Below the pieces are notes generated by a model. The model searched no databases. It worked only from the letters and a program-made list of their open reading frames with translations, and was not told where the DNA came from. Below are positions 24,129 to 35,108 of a stretch of 41,151 bases of DNA, in pieces; the first letter of the stretch is position 1; every line of letters starts with the position of its first letter. A program made the position numbers and the translations under genes. This stretch comes from Octopus bimaculoides (taxonomy: Eukaryota): assembly GCF_001194135.2 (NCBI RefSeq), contig NC_068984.1:79146081-79187231 (forward strand), in the 5' to 3' direction.

Positions 24129-24368
24129 CAGCGTTTCTCAGCCATTTTTGGCTGATGGACAACCTTTGATTCCTATTTTAATCCACTGGACTCTCAGAGC
24201 TATTCAATGTTTTAAAAATTCTTATTATAGGCGCAGGCGTGGCTGTGTGGTAAGAAGCTAACTTCCCAACCACATGGTTCCGGGTTTAGTCCCAATGCGT
24301 GACACCTTGGGCTGAACAAAGCCTTGTTAGTGAATTTGGTTGACGGAAACTGAAAGAAGTCCGTCGTA

Positions 24369-24414
<46 letters not shown>

Positions 24415-24808
24415 TTATGTATTTGTTATTTGTGTCTGTGTTTGTTCCCCCACCATCGCTGAACAACCGATGTTGGTGTGTTTACGTCCCCGTCACCTTG
24501 CAGTTCGGCAAAAGGGACCGATAGAATGAGTACTAGGCTTACAAAGAATAAGTCCTGAGTGTCGATTTCTTCGACTAAAAAACCGTTTGAGGCAGTGCTC
24601 CAGCATGGCTGCTGTCAAATGACTGCAACAAGAAAAAGAATAAACGGATTGTATTTTTATAATGAAATATTATTAGGAGTTGTACAAAAAATTATTAAAA
24701 TATTGTGTATATTGTAGAAGTATAACCAATTTATTGCACATAAACTTTAGCAACAAAATCTTTTATGGACCGTCAAGGGTCCATATAGACCCCTGTTGAG
24801 GACCACTG
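24129..24808. mobile_element. hAT (Charlie-like) MITE with a nested SINE B
   Basis: TIRs cagcgtttctcagcc / gttgaggaccactg; 8-bp TSD gtctacat / atctatat (6/8). Confidence 0.7.
24230..24644 (+). mobile_element. SINE family B, full length, internal (TA)n
   Basis: A box tggctgtgtgg; B-box-like gggtttagtccc; central and 3' domains complete; tail aagaaaaagaataaa. Confidence 0.96.
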
Positions 24809-24976
24809 ATCTATATTATCAGGGCTTACCAGGGTCTGAACAACACCAAGCAACTCAAATTTTCTCAAACTAACATGAGTATTCAATCGATTAGAAATAA
24901 CGTATGAAAAAACAATTAAATAATGTAGTCATAGATGAACTGCCTGAAAAAAATTTACAAGCTTATCGCTGTTGGA

Positions 24977-25173
24977 CCGTAGTGTAGCTAGTGTGTGTGT
25001 GTGCCGCCAGGGGCAGTCCATGATTTTGCCGCTGCAATCCAGCAATACAGCAAAACCAAAAGTGCCGCCCTTGTAAAAGTGTCACCTGGGTAAACCGCTT
25101 CCCTCGCTCCGCTTCCCTCGCTCTGCTACCCTTGCTCCACTTCCCTCGCTACGCTTTTTCAATTACGCTACTG
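24977..25173. mobile_element. hAT-type MITE with an internal 14-bp minisatellite
   Basis: Imperfect TIRs ccgtagtgtagct / ttacgctactg; 8-bp TSD ctgttgga (24969-76) / ctgctgga (25174-81); four copies of ccgcttccctcgct at 25095-25150. Confidence 0.7.
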
Positions 25174-26195
25174 CTGCTGGAACAACTCTGGTCACAGATC
25201 TGGTAGGTCCGGATGGACTTGAAACAACACCTCCAACGGGAGCAACACCAAGAACAACATATTGTATTAAGTGCTTGATCTATAATTCATCTGCCTTTTT
25301 GAGCAACGACAACAGCAAAAATATCTTTCAAAGCATCAGTAAGATCAATTTCCAAACAGTTAAGATCTCTTATATCTGAACGATTCGGTTGCAGTTTAGT
25401 GATAAAGTCCACTCGAATGGCAGCCATCCATAACATTGTGTTTCTGGGCTATTAGCTAGACATTTTATGCGCTTGAATAAACCGTAAAGTGTTACTTTGT
25501 AACCAATTTACGATATCTATATAATACTGTGTGTGACCATGCCACATCAGGTTATGTTGCTTTTTCCAACATCGTCAAGACATTGCATTATTTATGTTTT
25601 GAGAAAAACAAATATGACAGAAGACATATCTTTCTTCATGTTAGATACGTTGGTTTATAATTTTCATTTTTCTTTTTCTTTTCTTTTTACCTATGGATCA
25701 TTTAAAGGTGGTTTTAGAACGTTAGGCTTTTCTAATCAATCAAATAACCTTACATAATAAATCTATTTATATTTGTTTGCCTTCTAAACTACGAAGCTCT
25801 AATGGTAGCATATTATTGAAGGATCTTCGTTCTGGTATCTTTTTTTTTTTCTACGTAAGAGAATCAGGATTACTCTTATGCGTCTGTAAATATTATTCAT
25901 TCTCGCAAAAGTGGCAAGCTAGCGAATCGGACAAAATGCTTGGCCCCTCCCACCACAATTCCAGCCCTTGTACTTTTAGTAGGAAGAACTATTCATTGTT
26001 TGTTTAATAGAAGTTTTAACGGAAATGAAGACCTCATACGAAAAACTAATATTAACAAAGATGTTTTTATGTGGTCGCTCGACCTGTTTACTAATAGAAG
26101 TCAAATCTCCCTCAAATTATTACACCCTACTGTCTTAAAGAAAAAGGGAAAACAAATTCGATGATGTAGTCCTTGATATCAAAAAGCAATTGAAG

Positions 26196-26399
26196 GATGT
26201 GGGCTGGCAGAATCGTTACTGAGCCGGGCAAAAAGCTTAGCGGCATTTCTTCTGTCTTCGTGTTCTTAGTTCAAATTCCGCCGAGGTAGATTTTGACTTT
26301 CATCCTTTCTGGAACGATAAGTTGGGTACTGGGGTCAATGTAATCGACTTATCCTCGCACCTAAAAAAATTACTGGTCTTGTGCCAAAGTTTGAAATTT
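26196..26399 (+). mobile_element. SINE family A with 20-bp TSD
   Basis: TSD atatcaaaaagcaattgaag (26176-95) / atattaaaaagcaatggaag (26400-19). Confidence 0.93.
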
Positions 26400-26672
26400 A
26401 TATTAAAAAGCAATGGAAGTGACTGTGGTCGGAACGTCTTTTAATCAGGGCTGATATGGATTTTAAAATAATATTTCTTTCATGAGGAACCAAGTCTTCT
26501 GCGGGAGGAGTCTCTGAGGAGTGAAAGTAGGCGGGTGAATTATTTGCTTGACATTTGTCTAACACCCTGATGAAGAAGAATTATTTGGGTGTAGATGTTA
26601 GTTTGGCTTCTCGTCAATAAAAATTCCCCTTATAATCACTCGTGGGCAAACATTTTCCCCAATATTTATTTA

Positions 26673-26878
26673 AGGACCATGGCGGTAAGCTGGCAGAATT
26701 GTTAGCAGGTCGGACAAAATGCTTAACGGTATTTCGTCCGTCTTCACATTCTGAGTTCAAATTCTGCCGAGGTCTTCTGCCTTTTATCCTTTCGGGGTTC
26801 GTAAAATAAGTACCAGTTAAGCACTGGGGTCGATGTAATTGACTTACCCGCTCCCCGAAGATTGCTGGCCTTTGAAAT
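26673..26878 (+). mobile_element. SINE family A with 13-bp TSD
   Basis: TSD caatatttattta at 26660-72 and 26879-91. Confidence 0.94.
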
Positions 26879-27224
26879 CAATATTTATTTAGGGGGCCAA
26901 AATTTCCCTTGTATTCATCAGTTTTGGAACGCTGGTTTTACTAACAATAGGAATCAAATTAAGAGCCCAATTCTTCAATTTAGAATCTATTTCTTATTTA
27001 ATTTTGATTTACGAAAACAAAAATATTTATGAGGAATATAAACCTAAGGAATTTCAGTTCCTCATTTAATAAGAAAAGTTCATAAGCATTGATATATTTC
27101 GACATATTCGATACGAAATTGTAATATTTTATGATGCTTCGAAGTTATTTGATACCTTTTCAAGTAATAAAAAAAGATTTAATCTACGAAACGAAAAAGA
27201 TCAAAGTCTAATTATTTCTAATTT

Positions 27225-27405
27225 TTAGCACCGGGTCAACATTTTTGACCTCCAGTACACAACTGGTACTTATTTTAACGACCCAGAAAAGATGAAAGGC
27301 AAAGTCTACTTCGGCGGCATTTTAAATTGAGAACGTAAAACTAGAAGAAATGCTGCTAAACATTTCTGTCCGGTGCGTTAACAGTTCTACCGTCTCGCCC
27401 GCTTT
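27225..27405 (-). mobile_element. SINE family A
   Basis: Reverse-complement head and core. Confidence 0.9.
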
Positions 27406-27417
27406 GAAAGGAAAATA

Positions 27418-27438
27418 GATAAATAAATAAATAAATAA

Positions 27439-27472
<34 letters not shown>

Positions 27473-27502
27473 CGATGACGACGACGACAACGACGACGAC
27501 GC

Positions 27503-27543
<41 letters not shown>

Positions 27544-27927
27544 GAAGAAGAAGAAGAAGAAGAAGAAGATGAAAAAGAAAAAGAAAAAGAAAATGAAAAA
27601 GAGAATGAAAAAGAAAAAGAAAAAGAAGGAGAAGGAGAAGGAGAAGAAGAAGAAGAAGAAGAAGAAGACGAAGAAGAAGAAGAAGAAAAAAGAGGAAGAA
27701 GAAGAAGAAGAGGAAGAAAAAAAGAAAAAGAAAAAGAAAAAGGAAAAGAAAAAGAAAAAGAAAAAGAAAAAGAAAAAGAAAAAGATAAAGATAAAGATAA
27801 AGATAAAGAAAATGAAAATGAAAATGAAAATGAAAATGAAAATGAAAATGAAAATGAAAATGAAAATGAAAATGAAAATGAAAATGAAAATGAAAATGAA
27901 AAAGAAAAAGAAAAAGAAGAAGAAGAA

Positions 27928-27958
<31 letters not shown>

Positions 27959-27960
27959 AT
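27418..27960. repeat. Compound microsatellite: (AAAT)-(GAT)-(GAC)-(AAT)-(GAA)-(GAAAAA)-(GATAAA)-(GAAAAT)-(AAAT)
   Basis: Direct repetition. Confidence 0.97.
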
Positions 27961-28891
27961 AGTTCCTGAATATTTATGTAAATCAATGAATTCCGCTTTC
28001 GACTTCCATGCTTCTTCACGTGTAACAATGAAGTCATGCTACTTACTTTGATCTCGCCTTATAAAAAGGATTTCTTAAAGATTCTTCAAACGCTGTCCTC
28101 CTTTTGACGCTTTTCATTTGTCCTGTTATCCGACATTTACAAGCAATGTTCTGTTTTGCAGGTGGCGCTTTCGTAATCATAAACCTTAACTGTAGAAACA
28201 TGTCTCTGATATTGCACTTCGCTTTCTAATGTTTTCCTGTTCTAATTTCCCGTTTCTTCCATATTCTATACTTCATTCATTATGGAAATGACGCTTAATA
28301 GTTTCAGAAAAATTGTTGAGTAAAATTTTATTGAATTTAATGAAGAAGAAGAAAATAACTATGAGTAGGATTTGTAAAAGGTAACCAAATCACTTGAGGT
28401 TAATTACTCCGAGTATAAGTAGGATGCTGAGGTTGAAATAGGACAATAACTCTTAATTAAATTTGACAAAGGTGTGAGGGTGTAAACAATTCAATTTTTA
28501 AAAATCCTTCACTATTCATATTTAAAATAATTATAATTCATTGAATTAATAAGTTGTTTTTTTTTAACTATTAAAGAAAACTAAATTTCTTGGGGTATTC
28601 CATTGGAAAGGGACGTACCACACTGCAGGATATATATGCTATTCTCAAGAACATTAAGCTGAGCACTACAACCTGACAAAAATATGTCATTTTGAGCCGA
28701 CTTAAATCACACTTTTCTTTCTTGGGAAACGAAAAGTACTGGACAATTTAGGGTGTAACGCTGAATAACAATGATATGGATGATTATACATGGTGTGTTT
28801 AGAGCATATCTCGGCTTAAAGGGCAACGGTATTTGTTAACTACAGTACTGCAACCGCCTATAGAAGTGAATTGGTCCTACCTTCTGGTAGC

Positions 28892-28932
<41 letters not shown>

Positions 28933-28934
<2 letters not shown>

Positions 28935-29312
28935 CTTTCTAATTGATGTATCAATACCGGCAGATGACAACGTTTCCCTAAAAAAAATGGAAAAATTTTC
29001 AAAATACAAAGACCTGGAAATAGGGGTAACTCGAATGTGGAATCTAAAAACAGAAACGATTCCTATCATAGTAGGTGCCTTAGGTATAATAAAAAAATAT
29101 TCAGACAAATACACAACAAAAACACCAGGACTTACAAATATATATAACATACAGAAAATTGCACTACTGGGCACTGCACACATCCTACGCAAAACACTTT
29201 CAATACAGTAACCATAAGAGCATCACAGCAAACCACAGCACATACCCAAGACGCACAGAGCTGCGCTCGGTAGTGAAGTAAAAGCACGTTATAAAAATAA
29301 AACTACTGAACG
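28933..29312 (+). mobile_element. R4/Dong-like LINE 3' end (RLE C-terminus + 3' UTR) flanked by (AAT)n
   Basis: CFLIDVSIPADDNVSLKKMEKFSKYKDLEIGVTRMWNLKTETIPIIVGALG..QKIALLGTAHILRKTLSIQ*; (AAT)14 at 28892-28933 and (ATA)n at 29313-29335. Confidence 0.92.
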
Positions 29313-29329
29313 ATAATAATAATAATAAC

Positions 29330-29548
29330 AATAATCCTTTCTACTAAAGGCACAAGGGGCCTGAAATTTTGGAGGCAGGGACTAGCCAATTACATCGACT
29401 CCAGTCTTCCACTGGTACTTAATTTATTGACTCAGAAAGGATGAAAGACAAAGTCGAACTCGGTGGAATTTGCATTCAGAACATAAAGATTGACGAAATG
29501 CCGACTAAGTATTTTTCCCGACGCGGTAACGATTCTGCCAGCTCGCCA
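29330..29548 (-). mobile_element. SINE family A, full length
   Basis: Reverse-complement head, core and tail. Confidence 0.93.
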
Positions 29549-30549
29549 AATCTATATTATAATGATTGAAGAAGTGCGGGACAATGTCCAGTTTCCTACC
29601 ACCACCACCACCACCACCACCCCACGTTATTAAAAAAAAGTCATATTACTTTGAAAAAATTACAAAAGAATATTTAAAAAATTTCAAACTATAAAGTTTA
29701 TTTGTATATCATACATAAATTATAACAGATTCGCTTCTGTTTTTCATGTCAACTTCTGTTTGAATTCCATATGTAAACAAATAGCTTTTCTTTGTGTTCG
29801 TAAAAAATGTAATAAAGCGGAAAAAAACAACAAAAAAGTGAGCAAATTATTATTAAAAGTATCATGTAGTGCAAAAACAATAATTCCTATCTAATAGGAT
29901 TTTAAGTTTTCAAATTGTGTTAAACTACGGTCATGTTGGGGTACCACTTTGAAATTATTTAGTCAATAATATCTCCCAACACAATTCTTCGCACATGGTC
30001 AGATATATGTTGCATTATCAAGAGCATAAAGAAAAGAAAATATAGAAATATTAACCGCGATAAATGAAATGGTCCATTTGCTAACAGTTGTGTCAACAAA
30101 AAAATTCTACAGTGATGTGAGACGTTCATCACTCTCTTTTAATAGAAATGTATTTAAGTTTCTTTTTAATTGCTAGGAAAAGGACACTAGAAACACTTAA
30201 GACATCTATAAGTGAATATAATGAAACAACAATATAGCAAAACTCAACTCTTCATATTGGTGAATGTAATTCATTAATTCCCACCAGAGGATTTATTTTC
30301 GAATTCACTCAAGAGAAGAAGATTCATGAACATTTTCCCTTGACAGTCTCATCTCGTTTACAATTTACATTATCGTCTTTTTTAAATGTATTTTGAATTA
30401 TTTTACTAATTACAGAAAAAACTAGAGTCTTTGTTCAATTCATGAGTTTACTCTGTAACTTATGTATCATATCTATATGTATGTATGATATCAATATTGC
30501 CAACACATGCCAGCAGAAAATCGTCTGGAGGGCGGTTTTTCTGTTAGTA

Positions 30550-30950
30550 ATAATAATAATAATCCTTTCTATTATAGGCACAAGGCCTAAAATTTGGTGG
30601 GTGGGAGCTAGTCGATTACATCGATCTCAGTGCGCAAAGTCGACCACGGCGGAGTTTGAACTCAGAATGTAACGGCAGACGAAATGCCGCTAAACCTTTC
30701 TTTGCGTTCGTAAAAAATGTAATAAAGCGAGAAAAAACAAACAACAAAACAAGTGAGCAAATTATTTTAAAAGTATCATGTAGTGCAAAAACAATAATCC
30801 CAATCTAATAGAGTTAACTTTTTAAATTGTGTTAGACTACGGTCATGCTGTGGTACTTATTTTATCGACCCCAAAAGGGATGAAAGGCAATGCCGCTAAA
30901 CCTTTCGCCCCGCGTGCTAACGATTACGTCGACTCCAATGCTCCACTGGA
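30550..30950 (-). mobile_element. SINE family A, rearranged, with a templated insertion
   Basis: SINE segments are out of order around a copy of 29791-29944; aatgccgctaaacctttc is repeated at 30683-30700 and 30889-30906. Confidence 0.8.
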
Positions 30951-31307
30951 TGAAACAAGAAAATGTTAAATGATTTTATTGACTATTGCAGTCTGCAAGG
31001 TGTTTTTGCCATATTTATGCAATATATATATAATATACATGCTTTATATATATNNNNNNNNNNNNNNNNNNNNNNNNNNNNNNNNNNNNNNNNNNNNNNN
31101 NNNNNNNNNNNNNNNNNNNNNNNNNNNNNNNNNNNNNNNNNNNNNNNNNNNNNNNNNNNNNNNNNNNNNNNNNNNNNNNNNNNNNNNNNNNNNNNNNNNN
31201 NNNNNNNNNNNNNNNNNNNNNNNNNNNNNNNNNNNNNNNNNNNNNNNNNNNNNNNNNNNNNNNNNNNNNNNNNNNNNNNNNNNNNNNNNNNNNNNNNNNN
31301 NNNNNNN

Positions 31308-31407
31308 ATAAAAGAGACCACTAAGTGGACTGCTAATGTGCTAGAAGAAGATCACCGAATAGCTCTCAAAGAAAAAATTTAGCAGTCCACTTAGTGGTCT
31401 CTTTTAT
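31308..31407. repeat. Perfect 29-bp inverted repeat with 42-nt spacer at a gap edge
   Basis: ataaaagagaccactaagtggactgctaa (31308-36) / ttagcagtccacttagtggtctcttttat (31379-407). Confidence 0.93.
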
Positions 31408-31589
31408 ATATACATATACAATAATCCTTTTGAGATCTCAGATAATTTTTTCTGAATCTCCTGATTCTTTTAATGTGCTAGTTTCCTGGTATTAAATTGA
31501 TATTAATTAATATCCAATTTTTTACCCTACTATTTTATATATATATATATGCACAAATCAAATTATATTTTATGCACTTTATTGCCTTT

Positions 31590-31663
31590 TCTTATGCGCG
31601 TAATTCAGCGGTCCCTGGAAAAATTGAAATCGGTTTATAGGGCAAAAAATTTGAGGACCGCTG
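31590..31663. mobile_element. Right end of a hAT (Charlie-like) MITE, partial
   Basis: Terminal tttgaggaccgctg resembles the TIR at 24795-24808; left end not identified. Confidence 0.4.
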
Positions 31664-31724
31664 ATGTAAAGCATCTGGCTCGGTTTTCTTAAAGTTCTAC
31701 TTAGCCAACAGCCCCGATTGATGA

Positions 31725-31759
<35 letters not shown>

Positions 31760-31782
31760 ATCTCTCTCTCTCCCACTCTCTA

Positions 31783-31825
<43 letters not shown>

Positions 31826-32029
31826 TTGATCGACCTCATAAAGAGAAAAGATAAACTTGAGCTCGAAAGTTTAAACTTAGTCGTAGTTTGAAATTAGAAC
31901 GAAACTATAAAGCTTAAAGGTAATACAACTAAATACGACAAAGCGTTTAAAGTGTTATATAAATATNNNNNNNNNNGATCCACGCAATATGATCTCGCTT
32001 CCGTTTCGTTCAAATTGTCATGTGAAGAT

Positions 32030-32065
<36 letters not shown>

Positions 32066-32109
32066 CTTTTTACATACACATGCACACACACATACGCGCG
32101 CGCGCATGT

Positions 32110-32250
32110 ATGTATGTCTGTCATTGTTCAGTTTTATTTCAAGATTTCTTGCCAATAGAGAAAGAACCGGTTCCCAACCTAGATCTAAGATTCCTTCATG
32201 AGAATGTCAACATCAACAACAGGGTATTTTTGTATGCATGTATGTATGTA
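32110..32250 (-). mobile_element. 3' UTR end of the (ACAT)n-associated RLE LINE family
   Basis: Near-identical in structure to 5520-5655; the reverse complement aligns to 15010-15125; (TATG)n on both sides. Confidence 0.85.
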
Positions 32251-32394
32251 TGTATATATGTATGTAACCCCTAACCCTATAACTATTCCTATTCAACACA
32301 TATACTCCATTGTGTCTACTGTTTCACAGGCTCTCTTCTAGAAATAATTTTCCAGGAGGAGGGGGTAGGCAGGGGAGAAGAAGGGGGGGAGAGG

Positions 32395-32481
32395 AAGAAG
32401 AAGAAGAAGAAGAAGAAGAAGAAGAAGAAGAAGAAGAAGAAGAAGAAGAAGAAGAAGAAGAAGAAGAAAAAGAAGAAGAAA

Positions 32482-32525
<44 letters not shown>

Positions 32526-32530
32526 AATGA
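32395..32530. repeat. (GAA)n-(GAT)n microsatellite
   Basis: Direct repetition. Confidence 0.97.
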
Positions 32531-32539
32531 AGATTTTTA

Positions 32540-32655
32540 GCATAAACAAGGCCATTTTGGGGGTAAGGTTATTGTCAAAGACATCAACCCTGTATCTAAT
32601 CTTGTACTTTATTTTATCGGCCCCGCAAGGATGAAAGACAAAACTTCCCTGGGCA
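32540..32655 (-). mobile_element. SINE family A, degenerate fragment
   Basis: gtactttattttatcggccccgcaaggatgaaagacaaa. Confidence 0.6.
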
Positions 32656-32731
32656 AAGTAAAGAACCGAAACAAACGCCACAGAAATAAAGAAGACTATG
32701 AAGAGAAAGAGAGTGCAATAAGGGTATTGCG

Positions 32732-32904
32732 GAAGGCCTGGCTGAAGACCCAACCTTCCGAGTTCTTTTACAAGTTTTAGAAAAACTGAAGGACCGCTGT
32801 AATACGTGTGTAGATGTGAGAGATGAATTTGTTGAGTAAAATCATAACTAATCCTCCTGTATTTTCTTTTACCCAAAAGCCAGGAACTTTTCAGCACCTC
32901 CTCG
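32732..32904 (+). mobile_element. Mariner-derived MITE, 3' part (same family as 22351-22569)
   Basis: EFFYK..KLKDRCNTCVDVRDEFVE*, then TIR ccaggaacttttcagcacctcctcg|TA. Confidence 0.85.
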
Positions 32905-33609
32905 TATATTTAGCTTGTCCTTGCTATTCGTTGCAAAATTCATTACCAAATTACGTAGTTTTTCCTACTCTCGAGCACTTTAGCCAGTCTGGCGGCCTTA
33001 TAGTTTGAACGTGTGCACAAGACCAGGAACTGGCGCGAATATAGGACAGAATAGACAATGAAGAGCGTGTAATATATCCGGACTGGCATTTTGGACCTCG
33101 CACGGTTTACAAGAAACTTACCCAAATTGCCGCTCAGAGGAATTGGAACCCGCAAAAAAATGTGCAATATAACCATAGTGTTACACTAGCTCATACTCGA
33201 TTTACCGTTGCATATTCTAGTATAAAATATCTGCTTGTGTATAGGAATATACAACAGAGGGTGTGTAATGTGTTCCGATTGTTGCAATCCTCTGCACGAT
33301 TCACTACTTCGTGTTGTAGAGGGTAGTGTCTGCATGTGTACAGTAATAAACAGCGAAGAGAATATAGAATGCCCAGATTCCCACACTTCAAAATACACGA
33401 TTTACCACTACTGGTGGTCAAGTACAATATTCTCCTCAGCTATGTAGAACTATGATATAACTGAGTAGGTGGATCTTGCGAAGTCGTGTTCCGTTGTTCG
33501 ACCGACTACATGCGTACCATTGGACTGCTTAATCAGAGCTGACCTGTGATTAATTAACAACACCAACAACAACAACAACAGTACCGCTACCTACGACCAG
33601 AGAGAGAGG

Positions 33610-33644
<35 letters not shown>

Positions 33645-33914
33645 TATCATTAAATGATCATATGAAATTTAATGTTCTTCTAACATGAACACTTATCAAA
33701 TCAGTTCTTGAATTCATCGATTGGTTTCGATTCAACAATCAGTTTCAGGTAATCAATTCCAATTCTTGTAGATCATTGTCGGAGAAAGTTATTCTACCTT
33801 GTTGGCTGGTTGCACTGCTTCTAAATAATTTATAGGAATGGTTGTTCATTAATGACAGGTGAAATTACAAGACATCATCTGTTTCTATGTTTGGTTGTTT
33901 GGTTGTTGTTGTTG

Positions 33915-33978
<64 letters not shown>

Positions 33979-34387
33979 AGAGAGAGTCATATATCATATT
34001 ATTATTCCTGGTCTATTTGTGAAATATTGAAGACAAAAGCAGCGCCACATGTCTAGCCACATGCAGCTGGTCATTTTAAAAATTGCGATCAACTGAAAAG
34101 CTTTCTTTTGCACATTTCCGGTAAGAATCTCAATTCTTGATTAAAATATAGTCCCCAGAAGATGTTAGCACATGCTACTGCTATTGCTGCGACTGCTGAT
34201 GCTGCTGCTGTTGTTGTTGCTGTGTTGCTTAAGCCGGGCCAATCTGTAATCGAGCAAAACTACTGATAGAGCTCATTCTAGCCGTGACTAATGACTTTAC
34301 TGAGGAAATTTGCTTTGTAATCATGTGGACTACTTCACAATCACGTGGTATGCAAACAGTCGGCCGAACGACGAAGCTCAACCCAAG

Positions 34388-34465
34388 GTCTATCTACCTA
34401 GTCTATCTACCTAGTCTATCTACCTAGTCTATCTACCTAGTCTATCTACCTAGTCTATCTACCTA
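34388..34465. repeat. 13-bp minisatellite (gtctatctaccta) x6, perfect
   Basis: Six identical units with no spacers. Confidence 0.97.
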
Positions 34466-34789
34466 GTTATATTTCTACCGAGAAGCGTAGCTTGGAGATC
34501 GCTATGGAGCTTTGTGCTCTTCGCAACGCTATTATGGGACAGCATTTTTAGGTCTGCTGTATAAGCTTATATAAGAGATGGATGAATCAAGGGTTGGTTC
34601 CGAACGGCACACACTCAAGCTACGTCACCTTTTCAACCTAGTTGATGTCAATACCGAAAGCTACGACATGCAGATGCAGTGGTACATCGTATGAAGTATT
34701 GTGTGACGGTCTGAGAATATTACACACTCCCTTTGTAGGTTCTATCTCGCTACGCGGCAATTTATGCAAGTATCTTCTACTTTCACTAT

Positions 34790-35108
34790 TGGCCAACCAA
34801 TGTCTTGTGAGTGAATTTGGAAGTCGGAAATTTTTCAGAACACTGTCGTATAAATATGTATGTGTGTGTATGTATGTATGTATGTATGTATGTATGTATG
34901 TACATGTATTTGTGTCAGTCTCCTCACCACTTGAAAAACAGCGTTGCTTTGCCTACGTTCTCTTAAATTAGCACCTGAACGAAAAGAGAGCAATAGAATA
35001 GGTACCAGCCTTTAAAAAATAATTGATGGTATCTATTTGAGCGTCTAAAACCCTTCAAGGATGGATCCCATCATGCTCGCAGCCTAATGGTTGTAACCAG
35101 TAAAAAGA
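34790..35108 (+). mobile_element. SINE family B, old, lacking head
   Basis: ttgtgagtgaatttgg..(TGTA)n..aatagaataggtacc..cttcaagg..gcagcctaatg..cagtaaaaaga. Confidence 0.7.

Noticed and set aside
25287-25436. 49-aa minus ORF ending ..VVVAQKGR*
   Set aside because: No signal peptide, acceptor or recognisable family; may be chance or a transposase remnant.
26567-26600. CTGATGAAG as a second hammerhead
   Set aside because: No stem II or GAAA follows.
32266-32282. Telomere-like CCCTAA units
   Set aside because: Only about two imperfect units; not an interstitial telomeric array.
34388-34465. Regular short repeat as a possible CRISPR array
   Set aside because: Units are contiguous with no spacers, there are no cas genes, and the context is eukaryotic.
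34590-34645. GGTTGGTTCCGAA resembling a Y RNA 5' end
   Set aside because: No complementary 3' stem, bulged-C helix or correctly placed terminator.
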